A DNA stretch of 64,000 bases. Source: Eledone cirrhosa. Lineage: Eukaryota. The stretch lies in assembly GCA_964016885.1 (NCBI GenBank), contig OZ024743.1:260276001-260340000 (forward strand), written 5' to 3'. A program made the position numbers and the translations under genes. How positions within the stretch are numbered: position 1 is the stretch's first letter; every line of letters starts with the position of its first letter. Of the stretch, positions 1 to 13,317 are shown piece by piece. Under the pieces are notes generated by a model. The model did no database searches and was not told the DNA's origin. It worked only from the letters and a program-made list of their open reading frames with translations.

Positions 1-47
1 ATGCATGCAAACACATATAGATACCTACACACACATAAATATGCACA

Positions 48-215
<168 letters not shown>

Positions 216-330
216 CATATATATATATATATCCATATACACATACACACCCATACAGACACCCATATGTGTAAAAGAAATCATAATACTGAGCTAGAAT
301 GAAACCAAAATACAGTTTTTTTTTAAATAA

Positions 331-931
331 TAATTGTTTCTACTTTTGGCACAAGGTCAGCAATAACTCAGTGCATTACTGGTACTTTATTTTATCGACC
401 CAGTAAGGATGAATGGCAAAGTTAACCTCGGCGGGATTTGAACTCAGAATGGCAAGGGCCGTAACTCTATGCGTCAAAGCATGGCGTCCGACTCTCTACC
501 GATACTGCCAATCCACCGAAAAAATAATAATTGTTTCTTATAGTAATAATTGTTTCTACTTTTGGCACAAGGCCAGCAAATATCCAGTGCATTACTGGTA
601 CTTTATTTTATCGACCCCGTAAGGATGAAAGGCAAAGTTATCCGCGGCGGGATTTGAACACAGAATGGCAAGGGCCGTAACTCTATGCGTCAAAGCATGG
701 CGTCCGACCCTCTACCGATACTGCCAATCCACCGAAAAAATAATAATTGTTTCTACTTTTGGCACAAGGCCAGCAATTGCCCAGTGCATTACTGGTACTT
801 TATTTTATCGACCCCGTAAGGATGAAAGGCAAAGTCAACCTCGGCGGGATTTGAACTCAGATCGTAAAGGGACGTAACTCTATGCTTCAAAGCATGGCGT
901 CCGATCCTCTACCGATACTGCCAATCCACCG
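331..931 (-). mobile_element. Three tandem copies of a ~185-bp tRNA-derived SINE (family S1)
   Basis: Near-identical units at ~331-518, ~547-734 and ~744-931. The minus strand reads GGTGGATTGGCAGTATCGGTAG (A-box-like), GTTCAAATCC (B-box), CTTTCATCCTTACGGGGTCGATAAAATAAAGTACCAG and ends GTAGAAACAATT. The unit recurs throughout the window. Confidence 0.85.
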
Positions 932-1949
932 CATGGATCAGTTAGAGATGCGACAGGAGTAGTGATAGTCAGGGTGTTTCAAATAGAATCCTGTGGACGG
1001 TTAATAGATTGTCTCCAGAGATCAGAAAGCCGACCACAGAAACGCAAGCAAGGATGTATGAACAAGTTGGATATGTACCCATATGTTGTGATTGTATAAG
1101 TGTGTGTCTTTACGCGGGCGTTTTACGCTGTGTAAGATGTTATGCGCGTAGTACGTGCATAGGAACGTTTCTACGTGTGTATACGTTCTAATAAGTGCTA
1201 ATTTGTGCACGGTTCAGGTGTTCAGCAAAATGCAGGGCCGCCCCAGTGCGTGGGTGGGCCTGACTCCCATTGTCTGCATGCACCATGCACTTATTAAGCT
1301 CTTTTGTATATATATGCGTGTGTTTGTGTGTGCGTGTGTTTATGTTTGTATATATATATATGCGTGTGTGTGTGTGTGTGTCATTGGTAACCCTAATTAA
1401 TTTGTTCAATATTAGCACTACACTATTAAATCTGTATGTGAGTACTCTATTTCCTGAATTCATTTCAGTTAGCATTGAATAAGTTAGTGTGTGGCACGGT
1501 GTTACAATGTCTTAAGCACCTTATGGTACTGTGATTTCGTAAATTTACAGTGCAGAGCTCTGGTGATACCCGGGCAAATCTTGATTGTATGCTCCAAAGA
1601 CTCAAGTATAAGGTCTAATATACTGAGAAATATTATGAGAAAGGAAAATATTTTGAATATGTAAACACAGATGAAACATGAAATAAACGCTTTATTCGAT
1701 TTTAATATAAATCAATCAAATTTATTAAATTCTTTTCCCCCAAAGGATGCCCGGGGCCAACACACCGTCCCCCCTCCTCCCCTGCATGCTACTACCAATG
1801 CATGATAGACATTATTATTTTCTTACATTATTCTTTTGATTTCTGGTTGAATTAAGTTTTTTCCATTATATTTTGAATTCATCTAATTTCTTAAACAATA
1901 CAGATTGGAAAGCGTGTAATACATTATACAGGCTAATTTATAAGTTATG

Positions 1950-2026
1950 TTAATTTTTCAACTATGTAAATACGTATCTATGGCTGTATGTGTTCGTTTG
2001 TTTATGTATGATTGTGTGCGTGTGTG

Positions 2027-2104
<78 letters not shown>

Positions 2105-2127
2105 TGTGTCTGTGTGTGTGTGTGTAT

Positions 2128-2185
<58 letters not shown>

Positions 2186-3240
2186 GTGTGTGTGCGTGTG
2201 TGTGTGTGTGCAGGTATGGATGTTATTGCCTGTGTGGATATGCATGTTTTTAGTTATATGCGTACACATGCATATGTTTCAATATCTATACATGTGTGTA
2301 AACGCAGTTATTACTGAATTTCTGAAATATGTTACATATTTTTGCAGTTCCATAATTGGACCGTACTTGCAACTTCCTAATTAGCCATGCCCTTTCTGGT
2401 TCTGAGCAACCCAGCTTCTCAAGATTTGTACTGAGGCAGTTAGTAACATATCCAAGAGCTCCGATGATCACAAATACAAATCTAAAGGTATAGTCGGTGT
2501 GGACTATCTGTAGATTTCTCATTTGTTCAGCATAGATGTTCTGCTTTTCACTAATCTTTAGTATTATATTGACATCTACTAGGCAGCTAATTTCCACTAC
2601 TGTTCATGTCTTCTTTTCTCTGCCCCATATCAGTATGTATGGTCTGATATGTTTACATTTTATTGGAATTTTGACAGGAGCATTCCATGGGCATTATTTC
2701 ATATTACGTATGTTAATTTTTATATGTTTATTCTCAGGAATATACTTTCAACGGATTACACTGTATAGGGTTTTGGCCACTACATCAGGCCTCATATGTA
2801 GATAGTATCGTGATGACATTTTGGGGCCGATGCTTATGATATGGGTGATATTTTCGATGTTTATTTCACAGAGTCTACATTTGTTGTCGCATCTAGGTAT
2901 TTTGTCTGCATTCCAATCTCTTTTGTGCATCAGGTTGTCATTTCCAGCTCCTGAATTGCAAAAACATATCCTTCAAAGTGAGAGCCAATATAGCAGTATT
3001 TGGTCCAATATAGACTACTTTGCTTATCTATATTACTCTCAATTTGAAGCTTTCTGACAACAAGAACATGCATGCTTTTTTTATGATAAGCATGCAGCTT
3101 TTCATCCATGTATTTGTTGCAATATGCTGTACAATTTCCTTGGGTGTGAGATTTTGGTTATCACGCGGGGAGTATTTATCAAGGAGCGCCTTCCCAACTC
3201 TCATTATGTTATCTGCATTATGAAGAAAGACTTATTCCAT
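1950..3240 (-). mobile_element. Decayed 3' part of an R4/Dong-like non-LTR retrotransposon (CCHC knuckle + RLE endonuclease + 3' UTR)
   Basis: Minus-strand ORF pieces CRLCEINIENITHIISIGPKMSSRYYLHMRPD and EISCLVDVNIILKISEKQNIYAEQMRNL...FVIIGALG are homologous to the + strand copy at 54048-55510. A (CA)n expansion sits in the 3' UTR at ~2010-2210. Confidence 0.8.
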
Positions 3241-3339
3241 GGATGGGTTTCTAGAGACAAGCCGCAGTTTACTGCCATACGCAAAACGTGATATACTTTT
3301 AGTGATGTTTTACTGTAAAACCTATATTGAAACTATAAA

Positions 3340-4035
3340 ATAGTAAACAACAACAAAAACAAAATCATCAGCACCATCACCAGTACCAATAACAAAAACA
3401 ACACCAACAACAGCACCACAAACAACAACCACACCACCACCACAAACAACAACAAGCACACTACCACCAACAACAAAAACAACACCGAACTACGATCGCC
3501 ACCACACAACCACCATTATACCAACACTACACCACCAACAAAAGCAACAGCAACAAACAGCACCACCAACAACAACAATCGCCACACTACAACCACACCA
3601 CCACCACTAACAACAACAAACACACTACCACCAACAACAGTATACCATCAGCACCACCAAGAATAAAACCAACAAACGCCCAACCTCCTCTAGACCATCA
3701 CCACCACCACCACCACCACCACCACCATCATCACCACCACCACCATCACCACCTCCACTATCACCAGCTCTATCATCACCACCATCATCACGACCCCCAT
3801 CACCACATTGCCGCCACCACCAACACCACTAACACCAACTCCACCACAACCACCACCACCACAACCACCATCACCACCGCCATCACCACCACCATCACCA
3901 CCGCCACCATCACCGCCACCATCACCACCACTATCACCACACCACCATCACTACCTCCATCAACACCACTACCAACACCACCATCACCACCACCATCACT
4001 ACCACCACCACCAACACCTACAACAACAACCACAG
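3340..4035. repeat. Degenerate (AAC)n/(CAC)n trinucleotide low-complexity tract
   Basis: Directly visible trinucleotide repeats. Confidence 0.9.
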
Positions 4036-4332
4036 TTATTGATTACATAGTAACAATTAGATTTCCTGAAACATCGAATTTATAAATCAATACCAAATAA
4101 AACCATATAAAATAAGTAAAAATCCAAAGTAAAATAAAATAAAGAAAGAATAAGAAAACAAACCACATGTAGAAATACGAACAATATAAATTGCAGCACA
4201 TAATAGTGTAATAACACATCTACAGTAACAAATATGAAATACATAAATGGACATAGATATCTACACATATGGGTGCCTGGTACAAATAATCATATAGGTA
4301 TATATACATATATATATACATATGTATATACA

Positions 4333-4406
<74 letters not shown>

Positions 4407-4554
4407 GTATATATATATATACTAAGGAAGGGTAGCTGAAGTTGCCAGTTCAGCTACCCCTTCCTTCCACAAAATGCCATGATAGAATTATGTGTCTCAA
4501 CAACAAACTTTTGACCAATCCTTGCGACAAATACTTTTACCATATATGGAATTA

Positions 4555-4649
4555 GCCCCTGAGAAGCTCGGCTATTCATGTACCAGGATAAAAATTTTCA
4601 TTTAGTCCAGAATTATCCGTCGAAACGGCTTGAGCTCAGCCGTCGGGGT
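4555..4649 (+). ncRNA. Degenerate type I hammerhead-ribozyme-like motif
   Basis: Reads CCCC-TGAGAAG (core variant of CUGANGA)...GAAA-CGGCT-tgagctc-AGCCG-TC-GGGG. Stems I and III pair and a GUC triplet is present. The same 3' half recurs at 22887-22930. Confidence 0.5.
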
Positions 4650-4856
4650 CCTACTCGTTCCTCAGGGGGGAAAAAAATACTGGTCCACCCACACACGCAC
4701 ACACACACACACACACATATATACACAAACACATACACACGCGTACATCAACATACAAAGAGACTTATACACACACACACACACACGCACTTCTCCGTAT
4801 AAGACAAAAGCTGAAAAATATCTTTTGACCTTCGAATGACTCTGCTGTGTGTATGT

Positions 4857-4964
<108 letters not shown>

Positions 4965-5087
4965 ATCTTAATAGCCATTTGACACACATCGCTGGTGGCT
5001 ATTGTCGCAGCATCGAACACCTTACTACTACTACTACACACACACACACACACACACACACATTTGTTGTGAAAGAGTCATTTCTCA

Positions 5088-5320
5088 ATCTTGGCGCAAA
5101 ACCAATTTTTTATCCACATGACCTCTACCGACCAATCAAAATTGTTTTGACCATAATTTTTGCTGGAGCCACTTTTCTAACATTTTAACATAAAAACAGT
5201 CTTGGCGCAAAATCAACTTTTTACATTCACATGACCTCTACCGACCAATCAAAATTGTTTTGACCACAAGCATTTTTACAACACAAAAATAACGCTGGAG
5301 CCATTTTTTTAACATAAAAG
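5088..5320. repeat. Tandem duplication of a ~120-bp unit (probable transposon relic)
   Basis: TCTTGGCGCAAAA...CATGACCTCTACCGACCAATCAAAATTGTTTTGACCA...GCTGGAGCCA occurs twice. Confidence 0.75.
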
Positions 5321-5539
5321 CAGGTAGAATTCCCAAAACTAATCAGATCAGAGCAAACAGCACGGACACTCTATCTCAAAATTATTTTTGAAAAGCATTT
5401 AGAAATGCGCAACCGGTAAAAACTTAAAAACTTAAAACCACAACTGAATACTAACCCATACAATCACTAATACTCTTTTATTCCTAATTAAACCATTTTT
5501 CAACTGTGAACAATTTGTCAGCATTTTCTATTCCGTTTA

Positions 5540-5678
<139 letters not shown>

Positions 5679-6118
5679 TAATTTTCTGAAAGTTAATTCT
5701 GCTACTCCCACCCCTAATTCTGTTCCAATCAACAACACCACGGAATGTGCAAAATTTCAGCTCAATCCATCAACTGTTAGGTAACCCTCAGTTTGAAACA
5801 TAGTATACGCAACGATTAATTCTGTTCAAAAGCAGTATACTGTTCCTTATCTCGACTATTTTCTATATTCTTGTTAGAGAAATTTATGTGGACACATCCA
5901 GGCAACCCCAGCAAAGGTTTTAAAACGTTCTGAATAAAATTTACCAATAGTTAATTTGAAAAATTCCTGAAATAACATGAAAGACTTAAGAAATATTAGG
6001 TTTTCTTAATAATGCACACAACTTTTATAAGAGAAACGCATTTTTATTTGCAACAATAATTTCTAAATAATCAAAAGCATAATGTGAACACTGAACACTG
6101 AATATTGAACATTATTTT

Positions 6119-6302
6119 TGTGGATTGACAGTATCGGTAGAGGGTCGGACGCCATGCTTTCCAGCATAGTTACGTCCCTTTACGATCTGAGTTCAAATCC
6201 CGCCGAGGTTGACTTTGCCTTTCATCCTTACGGGGTCGATAAAATAAAGTACCAGTAATGCACTGGGTAATTGCTGGCCTTGTGCCTAAAGTAGAAACAA
6301 TT
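6119..6302 (+). mobile_element. tRNA-derived SINE (family S1)
   Basis: Reverse complement of the units at 331-931, with B-box GAGTTCAAATCC. Confidence 0.85.
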
Positions 6303-6399
6303 ATTTTTGCATACGAGAGGATTTAGTGGCAGTTGGGTATGTTTTACGGTTTTCTTCACCTTTGTCTGCTTACAGCATAATTGAGCATTATTTGCCTTA

Positions 6400-7026
6400 A
6401 CCTCTCCTTGCTCTACTTTCCCATTGCTCTCCTTGCTCTCTTTGCTCTCCTTTTCTCATTGCTCTCCTTGCTCTCCTTGCTCTCTTTTTCTCATTGCTCC
6501 CCTTGCTCTCCTTTTCTCATTGCTCACATTGCTCTCCTTGATCTCCCTACTCTCCTTTCTTCTTGTTCTCTTTGCTCTCTTTTTCTCCTTGCTCTCCTTG
6601 CTCTCCTTGCTCTACTTTTCTCCTTGCTCTCCCTTTCTCCTTCCTCTCCTTGCTCTCATTGCTCTCCTTTTCTCATTGCTCTCCTTGATCTCCTTGCTCT
6701 CTCTTTCTCCTTCCTCTCCTTGCTCTCCTTGCTCTCCTTGCTCTCCTTGCTCTTTTCTCATTTCTCTCATTGCTCTCTTTTTCTCATTGCTTTCCTTGCT
6801 TTCATTTTCTCATTGCTCTCCTAGCTCTCCCTGTTTTCTTGCTCTCCTTGCTCTCCTTTTTCCTTGCTCTCCATTTCTCCTTGCTCTCCTTGCTCTCTTT
6901 GCTCTCTTTTTCTCATTGCTCTCCTTTTCTCATTGCTCTCATTGCTCTCCTTTTCTCATTGCTCTCCTTGCTTTCTCTGTCTTCTTGTTCTCCTTGCTCT
7001 CCTTTTCTCCTTGCTCTTCCTTTCTC
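6400..7026. repeat. Pyrimidine-rich 9-bp minisatellite (TTGCTCTCC)n
   Basis: Degenerate TTGCTCTCC/TTTTCTCAT repeats over ~620 bp. Confidence 0.9.
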
Positions 7027-7110
7027 CGTGTATTTATGTACTTGTTTATATACAAATACAATATGATAAGGAGAGCAAGGTGAAATATGAAAGCAAGGAT
7101 AGTAAAGAGA

Positions 7111-7165
<55 letters not shown>

Positions 7166-7346
7166 TAAAAGGAATTCCAACTTTGTACTTGTTCAATTAA
7201 CACTTAACATTTGATATTCTACCATACTATTTCATGATAATATCATTATAATTTTAAAGGATTTTAAATAAAACGAGTAAATCAGACACAGTTGGAATTC
7301 TTTTTATTAATATAATCTTCTATACACAATCATATACACCCGTGTA

Positions 7347-7425
<79 letters not shown>

Positions 7426-7472
7426 TAAAATAACAGGAGACTGGACTGGTGTAAATCCTTGTAAGGTTTATT

Positions 7473-7530
7473 ATACTATGATCATTTCAATGACCTGGTT
7501 CAGTATGAATCCGGTGACATCATCAGGTAT
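7473..7530 (-). ncRNA. Minimal type I hammerhead motif in a (TA)n-flanked insert (~7423-7770)
   Basis: Minus strand reads ATAC-CTGATGA-[imperfect stem II]-GAAA-TGATCA-TA-GTAT, then AATAAA. Stem I is ATAC/GTAT and stem III is palindromic. Confidence 0.65.
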
Positions 7531-8617
7531 TCAAAATATAACAGATAAAATCAATGGGGCTGAAAATCAGAGACAAGAGGACAACCGACTATTTAGCAGC
7601 TTCTACCTCGGTCGGCCGCCCTCAAGTCGCACCACCAACTCGCACCACCAACTACACAAACGAAGACCGGGTGAGTTGCATTACGTTGAATGCTCTCTAT
7701 ACTATTACATCGAGGTTGACCATACGGAATGACCAGTTCTATCCAGTGGTCAACCAACAAACCTAAATAAATATATATATATATATATATATGGAAAGTT
7801 ATATTTAAAATTGTTGGGTTACAACTAGTAAATATTTATAACTGATATAAAAGCACTCGACAAATATTTGGAGTATATTTACAATATTAAATAAATGGAA
7901 ACTATATTTATAAAACCATATTTATTTCATTATATATATTTCGGGGATATCATATTAACAATATGCTATGCCTTCCTCAGACAAAATACAATATAAACAG
8001 TTTTATAGATAAATAGATTCGACATACCGTTATAACACCGACTTGCATTTGAAGAGGTTAAGCTGGCAGTGAAAAAATTTTATACAGAGAGAAAGAAAGA
8101 GAGAAAAGAAAGAAAGACAGAAAACGAAGAAAAGGAAGAAAAAGAAGAAATGCATGGAACAAAATATAGAGATGGAAAGATAGATAAAGAGAAGAACTTC
8201 ATGTAAAGAAACAGAAAGATATATATATATATAGAGAGAGAGGAAATAGAGATAGATACATATATATATAGAAAATTAGGTAGTGGGAGGTCATTTTGAG
8301 TAAATGTATCAATGATACATTTATTTATTTATTTATTTATTTAGCTCTAGTATTAATGTAAGGGAGATATATAGAGAGAGAAAAAAAAAATATAGAGAGA
8401 GAAAAAATAGCGAGAGAAAAAATTTAAAAATAGCCAGATAAATATTCGAGGCGTAAAAACCCTATGTCTTAATGTATTAGAATTCATAAAACTTCCACTA
8501 TATTGTAAATATCAGTATTCCTGAATGAGACAAGTATCCATAGTGTGTGAAAATTAATTATCTTATGTTTAGTTTTTAAAAAAAATTCATATGTTTATGT
8601 TATAGCTACAAACATCT

Positions 8618-9925
8618 ATGCGAATCCACATTATCAACTCTGCAAATTCTAAGTTCACGGAAAACATTCTCAATATAGTCTCAAGGGGGATTCCTTTTAA
8701 TTCATCCTCTGAGACATGTGACCTCTGCGCAGAGGAGATATTCTTTATACTAAAATCTAAAAATTCCCTTAATCTTTTACTTATTAATAATAATAACCCT
8801 GAACTAAATAGAAAATGTAAACAAATTACAAAATTTTTTAATTACTTTAACCTTAAAATAGAAATTGAGAACAACCATAGAATAGTCAATTTCCTAGATA
8901 TAACATTAAATCTCAACACATGTCTCCACTATCCTTTTCACAAGTTGAATGAAAACTTAAACTATGTCAACTTTAACTCTAACCACCCCAGATCTGTCAA
9001 AAACACTATAGTAAACTCTATTCAAAAACGTATCTCTAGGATCTCGTCGAATAGAAAGATTTTCGACGAAAAGGCCCAATACTATAATGAAGCATTAGCT
9101 AGGGCAGGATATGCTGATAAGATTGTGTACATAGATAATGATAGACAAACTAAACAAAGTAACAACTTTTTTAATTACGGCAACAACATTAACAACTATA
9201 ATAGAAAGCATTACAATAATTCCAAAGGCCAAAAAAGAAATAGAACTAGGAACATAATTTGGTTTGCCCCCCCCCCCCCTTTCTCACTAAACATTAAAAC
9301 CCACATCGCTAAATTATTTTTCAAAGCTCTTGATAATCGCTTCCCTAGAACACATAGGTATCACTCAATTTTCAATAGGCATACAATTAAATTAACCTAC
9401 TCATCCACCAAAATTTTAGCACAAAATATTAATAGAATAAATAATAGGAACTTAAAACCTAGTGATAATAGCATAAATAATATACAAGTTAACAAATGTA
9501 ACTGTAGAGATAGATCTAAATGTCCGTTAAATAACAACTGCTTAGTTAAAAATATAGTATACAATTGTAATGTTAATACTGACTCTAATTCTTTTAACTA
9601 CGTCGGTTCCACATCGACGGAATTTAAACTTCGCTATAATAACCACAAGAATTCTTTCACAGATTCAAGTAAAAAATCTTCAACGGCACTATCAGGCGTA
9701 CTCTGGCAACTTAAGCTAGATAACGTTAGATATTCGACGGCTTGGAATATAGTCTCAAGGGGGATTCCTTTTAATTCATCCTCTGAGACATGTGACCTCT
9801 GCGCAGAGGAGATATTCTTTATACTAAAATCTAAAAATTCCCTTAATCTACGGACAAATCTATTCAGTTGTTGCAAACATAGATTAAACTCAACGTTTAA
9901 ATATAAATTTAAATTTAAAATGTAG
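8618..9925 (+). CDS. Penelope-like polyprotein fragment: RT C-terminal/thumb region, CxCx5C linker and GIY-YIG endonuclease (chimeric N-terminus, RT catalytic core missing)
   Basis: Contains VNFLDITLNL, YVNFNSNHP and IQKRISRISS (PLE RT thumb), CNCRDRSKCPL, IVYNC...YVGST...FKLRYNNHKNSF (GIY-YIG), and CDLCAEE...CCKH. The ATG lies inside the inverted arm. Confidence 0.85.
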   Translation: MRIHIINSANSKFTENILNIVSRGIPFNSSSETCDLCAEEIFFILKSKNSLNLLLINNNNPELNRKCKQITKFFNYFNLKIEIENNHRIVNFLDITLNLNTCLHYPFHKLNENLNYVNFNSNHPRSVKNTIVNSIQKRISRISSNRKIFDEKAQYYNEALARAGYADKIVYIDNDRQTKQSNNFFNYGNNINNYNRKHYNNSKGQKRNRTRNIIWFAPPPPFSLNIKTHIAKLFFKALDNRFPRTHRYHSIFNRHTIKLTYSSTKILAQNINRINNRNLKPSDNSINNIQVNKCNCRDRSKCPLNNNCLVKNIVYNCNVNTDSNSFNYVGSTSTEFKLRYNNHKNSFTDSSKKSSTALSGVLWQLKLDNVRYSTAWNIVSRGIPFNSSSETCDLCAEEIFFILKSKNSLNLRTNLFSCCKHRLNSTFKYKFKFKM

Positions 9926-11318
9926 TATATTTAGTTTGATTTATATTTATATGGGAAACTAGCCGATAAATTTTTGATTCCTAAATTTTTGATTCCTTCT
10001 TTTTATTCTTTTTTTATTGTTTATTTTTATTTTATTTTTATTTAAACATTCCTCATGAAAAATTAAGCTACCCTAAAAGCTGATGCTCCAAATATTTTGA
10101 ATAAACCTTACACTAGATAAACTTCTATATTAAATATAAGAACACATGTAGACCTAGTTGGACATCATAAACTTTTTGAAATGATCTTTGCTAGATGTGA
10201 TTTGATAGATAATTTTTGGCTTTGTCTTATAATGAACTTGGCAATATATTGTCAATTAATTTTGAAGGGTTGATCTTTGTGGTTTATTTTTATTTTTTAT
10301 TATTGTAGTATTTTATAATATTTTTTATTTTTATTTTTAATATCTTTAATATGTAAATTTTTTAATACGTAATATTTTTTAATACGTAATATTTTTTAGT
10401 ATGTAATATTTTTAATATGTAATATTCTTTCGTAATATTTTTTTAGTTTTCTATTTTATTATTACTTATTATTATTATTGTTATCTTTTTATTTTTAGTT
10501 TTGTTTCTGATATATATTTTTATTAGTATATTGAAATCTGCTCTCTATTTCTGCTTGATAGATAATCTTGTAGAGTAAAGACAGGAATAATAATACACAT
10601 ATATGTATACTCAAATTTTTATACCACATTGAGAATGTTTTCCGTGAACTTAGAATTTGCAGAGTTGATAATGTGGATTCGCATAGATGTTTGTAGCTAT
10701 AACATAAACATATGAATTTTTAAAAAAACTAAACATAAGATAATTAATTTTCACACACTATGGATACTTGTCTCATTCAGGAATACTGATATTTACAATA
10801 TAGTGGAAGTTTTATGAATTCTAATACATTAAGACATAGGGTTTTTACGCCTCGAATTTATCTGGCTATTTTTAAATTTTTTCTCTCGCTATTTTTTCTC
10901 TCTCTATATTTTTTTTTTCTCTCTCTATATATCTCCCTTACATTAATACTAGAGCTAAATAAATAAATAAATAAATAAATAAATGTATCATTGATACATT
11001 TACTCAAAATGACCTCCCACTACCTAATTTTCTATATATATATGTATCTATCTCTATTTCCTCTCTCTCTCTCTATATATATATATCTCTTTCTGTTTCT
11101 TTACATGAAGCTCTTCTCTTTATCTATCTTTCCATCTCTATATTTTGTTCCATGCATTTCTTCTTTTTCTTCCTTTTCTTCGTTTTCTGTCTTTCTTTCT
11201 TTTCTCTCTTTCTTTCTCTCTGTATAAAATTTTTTCACTGCCAGCTTAACCTCTTCAAATGCAAGTCGGTGTTATAACGGTATGTCGAATCTATTTATCT
11301 ATAAAACTGTTTATATTG

Positions 11319-11384
11319 TATTTTGTCTGAGGAAGGCATAGCATATTGTTAATATGATATCCCCGAAATATATATAATGAAATA
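11319..11384 (+). ncRNA. Minimal hammerhead ribozyme in the Penelope pseudo-LTR (mirror copy on - strand at 7923-7988)
   Basis: Reads TATTTTGT-CTGAGGA-[stem II with CATATT/AATATG]-GAAA-TATATA-TA-ATGAAATA. Stem I is 8 bp including GU pairs. Confidence 0.75.
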
Positions 11385-11421
11385 AATATGGTTTTATAAA
11401 TATAGTTTCCATTTATTTAAT

Positions 11422-11514
<93 letters not shown>

Positions 11515-11517
<3 letters not shown>

Positions 11518-11650
11518 TAGTAACACAACAGTTAGTTCACCATACCGAGAACAATTGTTTCAGCTTAGCGGGTCTTCAGTACGAGTTGAAGATCCGCTAA
11601 GGTGAAACAATTGTTCTCTGTACAGTGAACTAACTGCTGTGTTACTACTT
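11515..11650. ncRNA. Inverted pair of minimal hammerhead motifs (fold-back insert in (TA)n)
   Basis: The left arm on the - strand reads CTGAAGA-CCCGCTAAGCT-GAAA-CAATTG-TT. The right arm on the + strand reads TTGAAGA-TCCGCTAAGGT-GAAA-CAATTG-TT. The arms are ~60-bp imperfect inverted repeats. Confidence 0.6.
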
Positions 11651-11730
11651 CTACCAAACTCGTCCCATGGACTGAGTGCTCTACCACTACGGATATTACC
11701 TTCCAGTGTTCTACTTCTATATACATACAT

Positions 11731-11877
<147 letters not shown>

Positions 11878-11878
11878 A

Positions 11879-11971
<93 letters not shown>

Positions 11972-12449
11972 CATATATATGTATTATATATATATATATA
12001 TACTATAAAGTATGTCCATATAATCATTTGATAATATATACACCATTTCCTATCCCAATTAGCATAATTAACCACACAAAAAATCATTAGACCAGGCTAT
12101 AAGATTAAAAGGCACCTATGAAGAAATACCAAATAAATAAACGATAGCAATCTCTTCGCAGCCAAACGCCATAGAATATATACCCAACATTTCAACAGCA
12201 CGTGGAAATCGATTAAATATACAGTCAACCATACACAATTAGGTATACAATTAAAGTTAGGATTGTATCCCTACACTTGGGTTTCGTTCGCATTTTGATA
12301 TATCCTATAAAGGATAAAATCTCGAGCTTCGAACTCGTCAGGAGACAAATTCGTTAGGACAGATTATTTTCCGAAGTGGTCCCCGCCAAACACGAATTCA
12401 AAATGGCTAAGAATTGTGACGTGGCAGTGGTCAAGTCAGAAAGAATGTG

Positions 12450-12493
<44 letters not shown>

Positions 12494-13114
12494 TCACAAG
12501 AATCAAAGCTATGTTCAAAACATTTATTCCCTTACAATTGTTTCATCCAAACCTAGGCTTGAAGTCTTCGGAGCATTTTTTAATGCTTGCACATATAATT
12601 GACCTCCTATCCAACGCAAGAGACATACAGATACATATATATATATTGATGTACAGTGGAGTGACATATATTATACTATACTATATTTGTATAGCAATTC
12701 AAATTTCAAATTAAAATTTAAATACATGCGGCAGATAACACAGATAATGCAAGAGAATAGTCCAATAATCAGATCTAGTAGATAGTGTGTGCGTTAATCA
12801 TATATAGAGCATGCAAGTGTGTCTCATTTATATAAGAGTATTGTGTGGCAAGGTATTACATGTAATACAAGCACTTTAAGCGGGTAAGCAAGAGTATTAT
12901 GGTGGTTGTAGTGGGAGGGTATTTTTTGTATAGATCAAATTAGTATGTGTGCAGAAAAAGAAAAAGAAAAAGAAAAAGAAAAAGAAAAAGAAAAAGAAAA
13001 AGAAAGTTACAGTTTTCACATCCACCACCATTTTCACATCCAGAAAAAGGAAGTTATAGTTTTCACATCCATCACATATGTTACGATGAATTCGTATTGA
13101 ATGTTTGATGTAGT

Positions 13115-13153
<39 letters not shown>

Positions 13154-13317
13154 GATAACATTTTAGCTAATCCAGTTAGAGGTTGTGAGTACTCTGTACT
13201 ATGGATAGTTGTAACGTACGGCGTTGTTTGAATCAACAAGTTGTTTCATTAGTTAGGTAGCGAGTGAATGAACACCGTTAATTTTCTCCCTCATATCAAG
13301 GATTTGAAGACAATTCA

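Larger units (their letters stand above)
7790..11427 (+). mobile_element. 5'-truncated Penelope-like retroelement with inverted pseudo-LTR, inserted in (TA)n
   Basis: RT C-terminus plus GIY-YIG ORF. 7880-8674 is a near-perfect inverted copy of 10628-11427. Each arm has a hammerhead motif, and (TA)n lies on both sides. Confidence 0.9.

Noticed and set aside
3808-4050. Pro/His-rich extensin-like ORF (also 23927-24346)
   Set aside because: Translation of degenerate (CAC)n/(GGT)n repeats, with no splice or compositional support.
6381-7083. Leu/Ser-rich membrane-like ORFs
   Set aside because: Translation of the 9-bp (TTGCTCTCC)n minisatellite.
7880-11427. DNA transposon with long TIRs
   Set aside because: The enclosed ORF is RT-thumb/GIY-YIG and the arms carry hammerheads, which fits an inverted Penelope pseudo-LTR rather than TIRs.
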